Shown: positions 10,540 through 23,895, counted from the first letter of the stretch. The stretch: 64,000 nucleotides of DNA from Isurus oxyrinchus (GCA_026770705.1 JANJGN010000026.1:28210001-28274000), one strand, 5' to 3'. Notes: generated by a model from the sequence alone, not told the origin. Translations and numbers: made by a program.

Positions 10540-11013
10540 GTGTCCCGCTTTCGTGTTGACATTCTCATAACAAACATGTGTTGTGTTGCGCAGTTAGGTA
10601 CAGGACAGGGACAATGACCCAGAGTGAGTTTTTCAATATTAATCTCGTTGTTCCAATGTTTTATGCCCTGAATATTTTTCCAGGTCGATGTCTTTTGGAC
10701 CGTGTGCTTCAATCTCCCCCTTCGAAAACAGTCCAGAGCGGGGAATCGGTTCAGATGGACTGCAGCTACGAGTTGTCCGACTTCTACGTGATGCATTGGT
10801 ACCGACAGAAATCCGGTCAGGGACTGGAGTGGATTATAAAGCGAGCATCGAATGGCAAAGAGAGGAGCGGGCGATTTGAATTGAATCCTTTCAAGTCGGA
10901 GAAACGCGGCCAATTGCTTATTGTAGACACGGGGAACGCCGATGCCGCGGTTTATTACTGTGCGGCTGAGCCCCCGCACAGAGACAAAACGCGGCAGTCA
11001 CTGTACAGAAACC
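10540..11013 (+). CDS. TRAV/TRDV-type V segment, open frame but probably defective (leader to 10597, V exon 10684-10976, RSS 10977-11013)
   Basis: DRVLQSPPSKTVQSGESVQMDCSY...MHWYRQKSGQGLEWI...DAAVYYCAAEP. Leader starts either at GTG 10540 or at ATG 10576 (only 7 codons). RSS CACAGAG-21-ACAGAAACC has a short spacer. Confidence 0.8.
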
Positions 11014-11509
11014 TCGCTTCTGGTTACAGTTGTGGAAGAGCGGCAGCAATCTCTCTGATAGCACAGGGCGGGCCAGGCGGCTCGGGGCATGAACAGCTAA
11101 CGGGAGAGACGGGCAGGGTTGCCGCGGGTTGTCTAGTAAATACTAATCCAGAGGATCTTTCATCAGAGATACTGATGTTCACAGCAAAGAGTGTCGGACT
11201 GAGGAGGCAGTTAGTCAGTGCGGTCTTTGCTACGTGGGGAGCTTCATTGTCTGATTGTGTCCCAGGGAACGGAGAGATATCCTGAGTATTTATTTTATGC
11301 CGTTGTGTGTCGATTCTTAAAGAACATCAGTATAATTATACAGTAAAATCCGTGCTTAAACTGAAGTGTCCGCAATGTGAGCATATTTACTCTCGTCCCA
11401 GGTTGTGACCAAATAGTTATCTAAAAGAATGCGCCTGCTATTGTCCTGTGGGTGATGTTACCCTCTCCTCTCTTGTGTCTCGCAGCAGAAAGTTAACCAA
11501 ATTCGAAAG

Positions 11510-11700
11510 ACAAACAGAAAATGCTGGAAAAACAATCAGAAACAGAGTGAAGGTTCCAGTCTGTGACCTTTCACCGGAAATAAACAACTCCACAGACTGA
11601 GTTCAGGTGAAATGTCGCGGACATGAAACTTTCACTGTGATTCGCTCTGTACCGATGCTTCCCGGCCTGCCGAGTATGTCCAGAATTTTCTGTTTTTATA
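11510..11700. mobile_element. Penelope-type terminal repeat fragments in inverted arrangement
   Basis: GAAAATGCTGGAAAA... and ...CCAGAATTTTCTGTTTT motifs resembling the 18318-18420 terminus. A similar pair lies at 13470-13640. Confidence 0.5.
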
Positions 11701-11959
11701 CCGCAAACTGGTACTGCCCTCGAGAGGCGACTCGTTGTAAAAGTTTCCAAAGCCAGTTGAGAAGAAGCGGGTTATTTTCATTTTTGGACAAAGATACTTT
11801 ATTCATAAAATATTTGAAAGAACATTACAAAACATTTCAAAATGGCCATCACAAAAAGTGCAATCATATTCCAGTTTTCCACAAAGATCATGAGGTTCTT
11901 TCATACATTACAGACATTTGAACATGATTATTACAGTCAGACAGTGCAATGATATTCAA

Positions 11960-12570
11960 TAAGGTAATGTCTGATCTGGCTGTAACCTGCTACCTACTTC
12001 CGATTACCTTCCACTCCCTTGTTTATCAAAAATAGAGCTACCTCTGCCTTGAAAACATTCAAAGACCCTGCTTCCCCTGCCCTTTGAGGAAGGGAGTTCC
12101 AAAGACTCACTACTTACTGAGAGAAAATTTTCTTCTCATCTCTGTTTTAAATGGGAGACCCGTTATTTTTAAAGAGTGACCCCTAGTTCTAGATTCTCCC
12201 ACAAGAGGAAAGACCCTTTCCATGTGTGATTTATTTTTTGTGCAGATGGTTAATCTGTATGTTATATTATTATGAAATAATAAAAAATATTTTCATTCAA
12301 TTAAATTACTCGGATGATGAGCTGCTTTTTTGCAGAATCGCTCTCATGTAACCATTGTCGATTGTTGTAAAAGCCCATCTGGTTCAATACTGCCCTTTCC
12401 TTCCTTTAGGGAAGGAAATCTGCTGTCCTCACCTGGTCTTGCCTACATGTGACTCCAGACCCGCAGCAATGTGATTGGCTCTCAAATGCCCTCTCAACAA
12501 GGGCAATTAGGGATGGGTAATAAATGTTGGCCTATCCAGGGACGCATACATCCCAAAAATGAATAAAAAG
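11960..12570. mobile_element. CR1 3' fragment (minus, 11960-12220) and SINE tail (plus, 12340-12570)
   Basis: CR1 reverse-complement motifs. The GGGCAATTAGGGATGGG...AAATG tail is shared with 32950-33320 and 53230-53600. Confidence 0.65.
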
Positions 12571-14069
12571 AATACAATATATAGATCAACATCTAGTGGA
12601 ACATTAGCAGAGATGGGATCTTGTGTAGTATGAACAGCTATAGATTCTAGTATATCAGTAACTAGGCAGGGTTTCAAGTATTATAAAGACTGGCTTGATC
12701 CTGTTAAATAATAACGAATACAGGGCCAAGAGTAACATACGAAGAGTCATGTTCTCACGTAATATAAACCAGAACAGCGTCTTCGCGACTGCACGAGTAA
12801 CTGAATCAGCCACTAGTGTAATATGGCCGAAGCATAATTTAACTCATAACTATCTAAGGCCTGGCCTACTGTAATGTCAACAGGTATATGTTCAACTGCA
12901 GTAATAAATGACGCCAGTTCTCCTCTCATGCACACAGAGACATGGTCGAGCGCAGTAATAACTTAGAGGACCTATCTGAATTTACGTAGACACATGTTCT
13001 AGAGCAGAAGGAAATGAGACAGACACTGGTGCAAATAGGCCAGAGGCGGGGTCCAGTGAAATATGTACTGATATGTCATCTGAAGCAGTAATAACCTAAC
13101 GAGGACCGAGTGCAATACAAAACTAAGACACAGTCTGTAGAAATAAAACAGCGTCACGTTATCATGGAATATAAACAGAAACGTGATCTATCGTGTTATG
13201 AGGTGAGACAAAGGCTTTGGGCAAAATGGGCAGAAGGAGCATCCAGTGCAATAATAATTGAGACAAAGCCTGGAATAATCCTCAAAGAGATATTTCTTAG
13301 TTGACAACTAACAGAGGCAGGAGGTAAATTAAACAGAGCTATAATCTACTGTAGTAGCAAATGAGGCCCGGCCCAGCGTGATATAAGTAGAGGCCTGGCC
13401 TCCTGCTTGTAATTAGGGCAATATTACCAGAAGCATGGCTTGTTCTGAAATGATTGGAGGCTTTAGTAATAAGTAAAGACAGAAAATAGTGGGAAAACTC
13501 TGCAGGTCTCGAAACTCTCCGGATTCGAAACGTTAACTGGGTTTCTCTCTCCACAGATGCTGTCAGACCTGCTGAATTTTTCCAGCATTTTCTGTCTTAA
13601 TTTCAGAGTTCTATCATCTGCAGTACTTTATTTTTGATTGGAGGTTTTGTCTTGTGCCGTAAAAACTGAGAGAGGACCTCCTTTAAAAATGAGTGGCATG
13701 GTTTAGTGCCTTTTGAAATAGAAAAGTCTTACTGTAATAGAAAGGATGTATTGCTGATAAAAGCGACATGCGGTTGCAGCTTTTCACCTAGAACTCATCC
13801 AGACAGTTATGCAACATTTATCTGCCCTGCTGAGTGCGAGACAAAAAGCTTTGACAGCATTTCCCTTTTTTCAGCAATGCTCAAGGTCTATTTAGTTTTC
13901 CAAGGTACCTTCCTAACTCGCAGCAGTTAAAACTTGTGTTGCTAACTCGATTGTTGCATTCTTATCTTGTTGTTGTTTATACAAATGGACAGGTTTCTCA
14001 AGTTCTGCACCAAGAAACAAAGGCATGGTCCACTGGCACCAGGTGGACACAGATTACAACGACACTGGT

Positions 14070-14890
14070 TAATTGACGTGACAGGTTAGCTAGAAAAGTA
14101 AACAAGGAGGAGGATGCTAAAAAAATTGATAAGGAACACCGACATTAGGTGAGTAGAAAAACCATAGAAGATTGACCAATTGAGAAATTATACAATTTGG
14201 GAGGAAAAATTAAAAAAAACAAGGATATTGTAAAATTGTGAGAGACTGGGAAGTGTTAGTAATCAGTGGGAGTTGTGTGCTCTGTAGGTCAAAGGAAGTT
14301 AAAATGCTGCCACAGCAATAAATTAGGAAAACAAATGGTCCGTTAGCCTTTCTTAACATTGGATGATAGTTCAAGAGTTAAGCAGTCTTTCTGCAATTGT
14401 ATAGGGTCTTGGTGAGAATACCTAGAGTACTGTGTACAGTTTTAGTCCCCTAGCTAAGGAAGGATATACTAGTCTTGGAGGGAATGCGACAAATGTTGAC
14501 TGGATTGATTCCTGGCATGAGGTGTTTGTCCCATGAGGGTAGGTTAATTCGACTGTGCACATATTCAACGGAAATTCTTAAGGGTATTGATAGAATAGAT
14601 GCTGGGAGGAATTTACCATGGCTGGGGAATCTAGAATTGAGGTTCATATTCCCAGAATAATGAGTCGAAAATTTAGTGCTGAGGCATCCCATTGAATGCT
14701 TAGTGTTTACATATATAAAAGGTAAAGATCGATGGACTTTCGGATATAAAGAGAATTAAAGGATATAGGGAATGTGCAGGACTGTGGAATTGATACAGAA
14801 GATCAGCCATGTATTTATTGCTTGAGTGGTGAAGACTCGAAGGATCGATAACCTAATCTATTCCTTTTTCGTAAGTTTTTATATAGAACT
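14070..14890 (+). mobile_element. CR1 LINE ORF2 3' fragment, degenerate
   Basis: Decayed LYRVLVR/EYCVQF/RKDILVLEG coding remnants plus the CR1 3' tail. Confidence 0.75.
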
Positions 14891-15669
14891 GACTCATTAT
14901 TTCTTCATCAAATAGAAGGCGTAGTCTGGTGCAGTAACTGATGTTACAATATCTCATACCATATAAAAACATTATATGATGCAGTGCAACTGAAACAAAG
15001 GGTGACCTACTCCAATGCAGTAATAACAACTCCCCGTGGGCGATGAACAGAAACTCCGTTTAGCTGCCACTAGGTGTTTACAGTTTTCCAAAGCACCAGT
15101 ACAGATCTGCCTTGTCATTTCTACACATGCGTTTATTGTTAGCACTGATCCGAAATTGTCTAACCATTGTGAAAATGTTGCTGAAGGTTATTTTTTGTCA
15201 CGTTATCAGATCAACAAAAAGTGATCTACCACCGAATCACGTTCTGGATTTAAAGTGCAACGAATTGCACATGAACTTGCCTGATTTGAGAACAGAAATA
15301 TCAGCGGTGGAGCAACGGGTCTTGCATCAGAGTAACATATTTTTGATTATTTTGGTTGAACGAAGGAATATCGACCAGGATGTAGAGCAGGCCCCACCTC
15401 AACAGACAAGGGTGAAATGGGATTATTGGTTCATGATGTCCCGAAAAGATAATGACCTTTCAGTACCCCGATTACAAGTCTGGTAATTATGTTCAGGTTC
15501 TGAAGTTGAGTTGCAATCCAATCAGAGTCAAGTCACTTTAGCTTCTAAACTGCTGAAAGGTTTCATGTAACACGTAATACTTACAACTTTACTATGACAT
15601 TCGGTAATGCAGTTGCTTTTAATAAGACAAATAACAACGCCAAGGCCAATGATTAGTGCAATTTCAATG

Positions 15670-16190
15670 CATAAAATCATGGAAGCTTAAAGCAAAGATA
15701 GAGACTGTTCATTCCATCAGAACTGTGTCAGCTCTCCAGGAAAAGCTCTCCAATTAGTTCCACTCTCCTACTCTTTCTGTAAAGCCCTGCACATTTTTTT
15801 CAATTTCAAATATATGTACGATTTTCTTATGAAAGTTACAAATGAACATGCTTCTATCCCCCTTTCCAGAAATACACTCTAGCTCATAACAATCGCTCAA
15901 TTAAAAGATCTAATACTACTCTATGTTCCTTTACGAATTGTCGGAACTCTGGTTCTTCTGCCTACGGATCCTCCTGCCAGTGGCATTAATACCTCACCAA
16001 CAACTCTTTCAAAAGCCTTCGTAAATTTAAACACCTCTATTATATCACCCTTTGACATTCTCCGCTCCAAGAAGACCAATCCCAGTTTATCTAATCTCTT
16101 CATATAATTGAGGTCCCTCATCCCTGGTACAATTCCCGTAAATTTCTTCTTAACCTATTCCAAGACTGTGACATTCTTTGGAAAGTGTAG
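15670..16190 (-). mobile_element. CR1 LINE 3' fragment
   Basis: ORF 15921-16121 (MRDLNYMKRLDKLGLVFLERRMSKGDIIEVFK) matches the CR1 ORF2 C terminus. Confidence 0.8.
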
Positions 16191-17035
16191 GTTCAAATCA
16201 GTTCAAAATGTATATCCCCTTAAATATTTTTTAATGAAGCATACTTAGTTCAAATTAAGATGAACAGTAGCAATCTGATATTACGTTGTCCTGTGTGCTC
16301 AACAAATTGGCTTCTCTCAAATTCAAATGTCAATAAGATCACTTTCGCCACCTGATGAACACTTTCTGCTACAGGCCGCGGAGTTTATCTGAAATGACTC
16401 AGAATTCTATCCGCAACCATGTCAACTTATAGAGTGAATTTCACTCAGAGGAGTGTCTCAGAGCAAATCACGAGGGGTAAGAGATCAAGCGGAATTAAGT
16501 GCCGTAAAGCCAATATTAAAGTTAAAAATTCTGAGAATTTTTTAATGGGAAATTGTAAAGTTATTTAACAAGAAACTGGCAATGAAGAATAAAACCATTA
16601 AGTCTCTGCTGGTGGATTGGGATGAACAGCTATATTTAAGTTTCTTGTGGCGGCAATTCCCTTGCTGATGCCATATTAAAAGTTGGTACAATTACCGCTA
16701 AGCGCATCGAAACGGATCACATTTGGCAGATATTTTCAATACACGATTGCAATATGGCGACTTTCTTCGCCAAGAGACCGACTTTCCCCTTTTACACATA
16801 TTTCCATTGAACTAGACAAACGCTCGTGTGATCGAAACAGGGGAATGGTCTGGAGTAATATAAACAGAGACAGGGTCTAGTGTAATATAAATCTCGACAC
16901 AGTGTCTTATGTAATATAAATAATGACGTTTTTATGCAGTAAACCTGGGGCAGGGCCTTATGTAATGCAAAAGGATTCTAAAAAAAAAGAATATTCTTAT
17001 ATAGTCAACTATCGTTTGGCAATGCCAACAGTTGT

Positions 17036-17126
17036 TCCTCTGTGGCGCAATGGACAGTGTGTTGGACTTCTAATCTTTAATAGCTAATGTACTCAAAGGT
17101 TGTGGGTTCGGACCCCACCAGAGTCG
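17036..17126 (+). tRNA. tRNA-Arg(TCT) with 18-nt intron, probably pseudogene
   Basis: CTCTGTGGCGCAATGGAC-AGTGTGTTGGACT-TCT-A [intron 17073-17090] ACTCAAAGGTTGTGGGTTCGGACCCCACCAGAGTCG, then TTTT. Matches the vertebrate intron-containing Arg-TCT pattern. The first two acceptor-stem pairs are mismatched and the D stem shows CpG decay. Confidence 0.85.
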
Positions 17127-17689
17127 AATTTTACGGCAAAATTAAAGGCAAACTCATCAATGATCGAAACCAAGAAACATCCTTTAGCAGGAATCACTCA
17201 AACAGGAACTGATGCCACCGAAAGCGAAGCGAGCTCAATGCTGGAATAATTGGGACCAGCTCTTCTGCGATATGAACAAATGATTCATCCACCGCAGGAA
17301 TAACGGAAGCCGTGCTTCATTTTATATTAACGGAGAAAGAGCCCCGAATTGAAAACAGAGAGCAATGCAGAAATAACTGCGACAGGGAAACACGTATTAA
17401 GCGGAGCTGGCCTAGTGCACTAATGTGTGAGACAGAATCTCGTGAAATATAAACAGAAGAATGGTCCTGTGTAGTGACAACAAATGGAAGGTCCAGGCCA
17501 GTATAAGCTTAATACTTATATTAATCTAATAACTTACCTGGAGCAGTATGTAACTCAGTATGCCGCCAGAATCTGGTGCGAGAGAAGGTTTCCATTTGCC
17601 TGACCTAACGAATCACCCCATTTATCAACAATCTACTAAAATGCAAGTATCTGAGGTCACAATGATTACCTCGATTAGGGGCAGCGCGA

Positions 17690-18160
17690 CCACGTCCACT
17701 TGACATTCAATGGCATGTCCGACCGTGAATTTTCCACCATTAACATCCTGAACTGTGCCCCCCACAACAGCACGTCACAGCTCGATATTTTGCGTCGAGT
17801 GGCTCACCTCCAGACTCCCAATCGTGGCTGGAGAACGTGGAGTCCAGAGGATGGGCTACAGGGACACACTAAGCCTTCTTTGGAAGGATTTCCCAAACCA
17901 ATGATCTCAATCACTCAGAAGGGCAGCGGGGGCCTGGGAAAACACCCGCAATCCCCTCCAAACCATATCCCATTCCAACTTGTAAATATGTTGCTGGTCC
18001 TTCATTGTCCCTGGGGTCTAATTTTGTAACACCCTTGCTAAAGAAACTGTAGGTACACCTTTAGTTGCTGTGAATCGTGAAGGCTGCTCACCACCACCTT
18101 CTCAGTGGCAACGAGAAATTTGCACTAAATGCCGGCCTTGTTCGCGATTCCCACATCCGA
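17690..18160 (+). mobile_element. CR1-like LINE 3' fragment (second subfamily)
   Basis: TTGACATTCAATGGCAT...GAAGGCTGCTCACCACCACCTTCTC motifs shared with 48700-49850. Confidence 0.65.
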
Positions 18161-18317
18161 GAATTATTGTGTAGCAATGCGAGAAACAGCGGGCACAGAA
18201 TGACAAACACCAGGGGCTATCTTACACGATTTCTATCATTCGTTATTTCGTTCACTTATATTCCATACGTGTACTCTTTTTCGTTTTTCTTTCTCTATAT
18301 CAGTCTTTCTCTTTTAT

Positions 18318-20880
18318 CAAAAACAAAAATAGAATTACCTGGAAAAACTCAGCAGGTCTGGCAGCATCGGCGGAGAAGAAAAGAGTTGACGTTTCGAGTC
18401 CTCATGACCCTTCGACAGAACTTGATTTCGAGTCCAAGAAAGAGTTGAAATATAAGCTGGTTTAAGGTGTGTGTGTGGCGGGGCGGAGAGAGAGAGAGAG
18501 ACAGAGGTGCTTGTGTAGACAAACAAGCAGTGATAGAAGCAGATCATCAAAAGATGTCAGTGACAATGGTACAAAAGAACACATAGGTGTTAAAGTTAAA
18601 GTTGGTGATATTATCTAAACGAATGTGCTAATTAAGAATGGATGGTAGGGCACTCAAGGTACAGCTCTAGTGGGGGTGGGGGGAGCATAAAAGATTTTAA
18701 AATATTTAAAAATAATGGAAATAGGTGGGAAAAGAAAAATCTATAAAATTTATAGGGAAAAAAAAGGGGAAAAAAGGGGGAAACAGAAAGGGGGTGGGGA
18801 TGGGGGAGGGAGCTCACGACCTAAAGTTATTGAATTCAATATTCAGACCGGAAGGCTGTAAGGTGCCTAGTCGGAAGATGAGGTGTTGTTCCTCCAGTTT
18901 GCGTTGGGCTTCACTGGAACAATGCAGTAAGCCAAGGACAGACATGTGGGCAAGAGAGCAGGGTGGAGTGTTAAAATGGCAAGCCACAGGGAGGTTTGGG
19001 TCATTCTTGCGGACAGACCGCAGGTGTTCTGCAAAGCGGTCGCCCAGTTTACGTTTGGTCTCTCCAATGTAGAGGAGACCACATTGGGAGCAACGAATGC
19101 AGTAGACTAAGTTGGGGGAAATGCAAGTGAAATGCTGCTTCACTTGAAAGGAGTGTTTGGGCCCTTGGACGGTGAGGAGAGAGGAAGTGAAGGGGCAGGT
19201 GTTACATCTTTTGCGTGGGCATGGGGTGGTGCCATAGGAGGGGGTTGAGGAGTAGGGGGTGATGGAGGAGTGGACCAGGGTGTCCCGGAGGGAGCGATCC
19301 CTACGGAATGCCGATAAGGGGGGTGAAGGAAAGATGTGTTTGGTGGTGGCATCATGCTGGAGTTGGCGGAAATGGCGGAGGATGATCCTTTGAATGCGGA
19401 GGCTGGTGGGGTGATAAGTGAGGACAAGGGGGACCCTATCATGTTTCTGGGAGGGAGGAGAAGGCGTGAGGGCGGATGCGCGGGAGATGGGCCGGACACG
19501 GTTGAGGGCCCTGTCAACGACCGTCGGTGGAAAACCTCGGTTAAGGAAGAAGGAGGACATGTCAGAGGAACCGTTTTTGAAGGTAGCATCATCGGAACAG
19601 ATGCGACGAAGGCGAAGGAACTGGGAGAATGGGATGGAGTCCTTACAGGAAGCGGGGTGTGAGGAGCTGTAGTCGAGGTAGCTGTGGGAGTCAGTGGGTT
19701 TGTAATGGATATTGGTGGACAGTCTATCACCAGAGATTGAGACAGAGAGGTCAAGGAAGGGAAGGGAAGTGTCAGAGATGGACCACGTGAAAATGATGGA
19801 GGGGTGGAGATTGGAAGCAAAATTAATAAATTTTTCCAAGTCCCGACGAGAGCATGAAGCGGCACCGAAGTAATCATCGATGTACCGGAGAAAGAGTTGT
19901 GGAAGGGGGCCGGAGTAGGACTGCAACAAGGAATGTTCCACATATCCCATAAAGAGACAGGCATAGCTGGGGCCCATGCGCTACCCATACCCACACCTTT
20001 TATTTGGAGAAAGTGAGAGGAGTTGAAGGAGAAATTGTTCAACGTGAGAACAAGTTCAGCCAGACGGAGGAGAGTAGTGGTGGATGGGGATTGTTCGGGC
20101 CTCTGTTCGAGGAAGAAGCTAAGGGCCCTCAGACCATCCTGGTGGGGGATGGAGGTGTAGAGGGATTGGACGTCCATGGTGAAGAGGAAGCGGTTGGGGC
20201 CAGGGAACTGGAAATTGTTGATGTGACGTAAGGTGTTAGAGGAATCACGGATGTAGGTGGGAAGGGACTGGACAAGGGGAGAGAGAAGGGAGTCAAGATA
20301 ACGAGAGATGAGTTCTGTGGGGCAGGAGCAAGCTGAGACGATCGGTCTACCGGGGCAGTTCTGTTTGTGGATTTTGGGTAGGAGATAGAAGCGGGCCGTC
20401 CGAGGTTGGGCGACTATCAGGTTAGAAGCTGTGGGAGGGAGATCCCCAGAGGAGATGAGGTCAGTGACAGTCCTGGAAACAATGGCTTGATGTTCAGTGG
20501 TGGGGTCATGGTCCAGGGAAAGGTAGGAGGAAGTGTCTGCGAGTTGACGCTCAGCCTCCGCGAGGTAGAGGTCAGTGCGCCAGACAACAACAGCACCACC
20601 CTTGTCAGCGGGTTTGATGACAATGTCAGGGTTGTACCTGAGAGAATGGAGTGCAGTAAGTTCAGAGAGAGACAGGTTAGAATGGGTGAGAGGAGCAGAG
20701 AAATTGAGACGACTAATGTCGCGCCGACAGTTCTCAATGAAAAGATCAAGAGAAGGTAAGAATCCAGAGGGAGGGGTCCAGGTGGAGGGAGAATATTGGA
20801 GATAGGTAAAAGGATCCGTTGAATTGGGAGAGGACTCCTGCCCGAAGAAGTGAGCCCGGAGACGAAGACGGCGAAAGAAG
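18318..20880 (-). mobile_element. Penelope-like retroelement (RT + GIY-YIG), 5'-truncated, one frameshift near 19980
   Basis: RT motifs MDVQSLYTSIP, QIKGVGMG/MGPSYA, FLRYIDD. GIY-YIG endonuclease NLVYCIRCSQCGLLYIGETKRKLGDRFAEH...GLN. Terminal region carries a hammerhead-like motif at 18388-18418. Confidence 0.93.
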
Positions 20881-21402
20881 AGTTCAGTATCATGCCGAGC
20901 CCGAAATTCATTGCTCTTTTATCTCCCACATTCTCTTGCGCGCTCTCATATGTTCATTCTCTTTCTGTTTTCTCAATATGAATGGCTTTCTACAGTTGTT
21001 TTGCATGACACGAGCATTATTGTTTGAGCAAGAGGGATGAGGCATCACACATAAAACCCGCCCAGCGTAGTGGCAGCCATGGGAAGAGACGTGTTTTGGT
21101 TAGAGGTAGGGCTCAAGTCAGTATGTTCCACCAGTGGCTCCACTTAATGTCGGTGCAAAGGCCTGGTTTGTGGAAAGGGGGCAAAGCAGAATTTGCAGTT
21201 CGCCCATCATCCACCTTGCCAATGTTACGAATGGGAGGCATGAAACCGTGGGTTAATCTGTTTGTTTACCGAACTGTAACTAAGGCGCATGTTGTAATTA
21301 ATTGTCTCACTGGAGACTCTCATTCGGAATAAATGAGAGACGCTTTGAATACCTCACAGAACTAAAATACGCAACTTCGGGAATCCATTTCGTTTCTGAG
21401 TG

Positions 21403-23895
21403 ATGATGCACGGACCAGTGAAAGGCTTATTCTTTGGCATTTTCTACCCCATTCTCGCTGTTATTGGTGCCCCTGGTAAGTGATGGATCTCAGATAAGTT
21501 ATTTATGATTTTTTTGAAAATCCCCAGAAAGTTTGTCTCGTCCCTTTCAGGGTCGGGATGATTTTTTTCTCTAATGCTCAATGCTGTCAGAGTGTCATGG
21601 GCCTCAGCCGGGTTCCGATGCCTTATATGGGATTATACTGTGTTATGGTGAATTATGCAGCATAACTTGTACTTGCATTGTGCAGCATTACAATGTGCTA
21701 TTCAATTGATTTATAGGAATGCCGTTTATTGGATTGCTGAAATATGAATTACAATGTGTGGCTTTGCATGAACATTAACCTGTTGTATCGTTGAACACTT
21801 ATTTTAAGGTAGTCAAATGCAATTTAATGTTTTAAGTGTTGTGCAGAATAATAGCATATCACAGTGTAGTAACATATATTTTCGTGCATGTATCTTACTA
21901 CAGCATCAGAAAACGAATTACAGTGAAATCATTATATTAGATGAATTGCAATATAAAAATAAGTTTAGTAATTACACTAATGTACTTCTCAACCTGTGAA
22001 AGAATATAATGGACAATCCCGATTGTTAATGTAGCCTTAGCAATTCATTACGGAAACGTTTGAAAGATGTTAGTGGAGATTCGAAATTGTTGACCTATTC
22101 TGTATTTTGATTTTTGCCAGTTGGTTTGGCACATTTTGAATGATGATGTGTTTTAATCATCCGCGGAGTGTGGGTGTAACTGGCAAGGTCAACGTTTATC
22201 GCTCATCTTTATTTCTCACTTGAAAGGTAGAGCTGCGCTTGTTTCTTCAGTCACTGCAGTGCGTATGGTGGGGATGCCTCACAGGAGCCTGAACAAATAC
22301 ATGCAATACCAAACACCAGGAAGAGATATTGAACCCAAAGTTTGATAAAAGAATTTGATTATAAGGAACGTCCAAAAGAAGGAATGAGAAAGGGAGCCGT
22401 TGAGAGAGGGAATTAAAGAGATGAGAGCCTCAGCAGCTACAGGCATAACCGCTACTAATTGAAAGGTTAATTTAAGGGATACACAAGAAAGCAGGATAGC
22501 ACGTACTCTGAGAACTCAGATAGTTGTAGTTGTACAGGGATTGGGAGAGGCGAGGAGGCGGAGGGATTCCAAAATTGGAAGGGGGAGAGTATTAAAACTG
22601 AGATGTTGCCGCCTGATAAACAAACTATATTAGTGAGCATAGGCTTAACGGGAGGATTGGTTTTGCTTTGACTATGACCATTGGCAGCCCATCTTTTGGA
22701 AGATCTTAATTTGGATAGGTAGGCCTTGGGATTGACTCAGTAGCCAGAGAGCAGAATTTGTGGCAGGGACTGATTGAAATGCCGTCTGCATTGACAAATG
22801 TTTCGCGCGGCATTGGATACCGAACACTGACCACAGGCTTTGGAACAGCTGGAGTCTGGGAATGGCAGAGGGTTGGATCAGGAGGGATCCAGTAACTGAT
22901 TGGATGAGGCAGTAGCTGTTGTTTGGAGTCCGCTCAGTAACATCTCTCTCTCCTGATTTCTCACAGCCAACTTGCTGGGGATCTTAATCTTATCCAGAGT
23001 ATGGTGTGGACTCTCCCACTGCATCACATACTACCTGGTAGCGATAACAGTGAACGATTTCCTGGTCATCATCACCGCCGTCATTCTCAACCGGATCAGC
23101 CGCATCTAATTTCAGGGCAGTGTCCTGTCCACCACTCCCGCATGTGCACTCAGCAATGTGCTGGTCTTTGCCACCCGGGTTGGCTCAGTTTGGCTGACTG
23201 TTGCCTTCACCATCGACCGTTTCGTGGCCATCTGCTGTCAGAGCCTGAAGGCCAGATACTGCACTGAGAAAACTGCGTTGCTGGTTATAGGACTGGTCAG
23301 TGCCTTGAGCTGCGTGAGGAACATTCCTTATTACTTCACCTACCAGCCCTTGTACATCCTGGATGGAGTGCCCTGGTTCTGCAACCTCAAGTCCACCTAT
23401 TACACTTTTCCCATCTGACAGGCCTACGACTGGCTGGACCACATCTTAACTCCTTTCCTCCCTTTCCTCCTCATTCTGTTACTCAATGCCCTGACTGTAA
23501 GACACATCTCAGCGGCCAGCAGAGCCCGCAGGAGGCTCCGGGGCGCCAAGAGTCATGGAGACGCGGAGATGGTCAATCACAAGAGGTCCATTGTCCTGCT
23601 TTTCGCCATCTCGCTCAGCTTCCTCCTTCCGTGGGCCATCTATCTCGGACATTTCCCCTATGTGCAGATCACAGGAGAGGGCTACATCACCAGCCTGGAT
23701 TTCAATGAGCCGCAGTACATCCTTCAGGAGACAACCAACATGCTCCAGTTAGTCAGCTCCTGCAGCAACGTCTTCATCTATGCAGTGGCCCAGAGCAAAT
23801 TCCGGGAAGAGCTGAAGAAGGTGCTAATGTGTCCTTTCACCGCGGTCACTGGTTGTTTCAAACAGTTAAAACATCGTAAAACATCCTTGCATTAA
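21403..23895 (+). pseudogene. Two-exon class A GPCR pseudogene, GPR139/GPR142-like (exon 1 21403-21475, exon 2 22967-23895)
   Basis: MMHGPVKGLFFGIFYPILAVIGAP | ANLLGILILSR...SVWLTVAFTIDRFVAIC...LPFLLILLLN...SNVFIY. GT-AG phase-1 intron. In-frame stops TAA 23107-23109 and TGA 23416-23418. Confidence 0.88.
22150..22700. mobile_element. SINE/CR1 tail fragment and old LINE (L2-like) fragment inside the GPCR intron
   Basis: Degenerate purine-rich LINE-like sequence. The family assignment is by resemblance only. Confidence 0.35.

Noticed and set aside
10684-10976. IgH-like V (TAILV or IgM/IgW V) because of GQGLEWI
   Set aside because: FR1, the short CDR2 and FR3 look TCR-like. No IgHV-type RFTIS/YYCAR framework.
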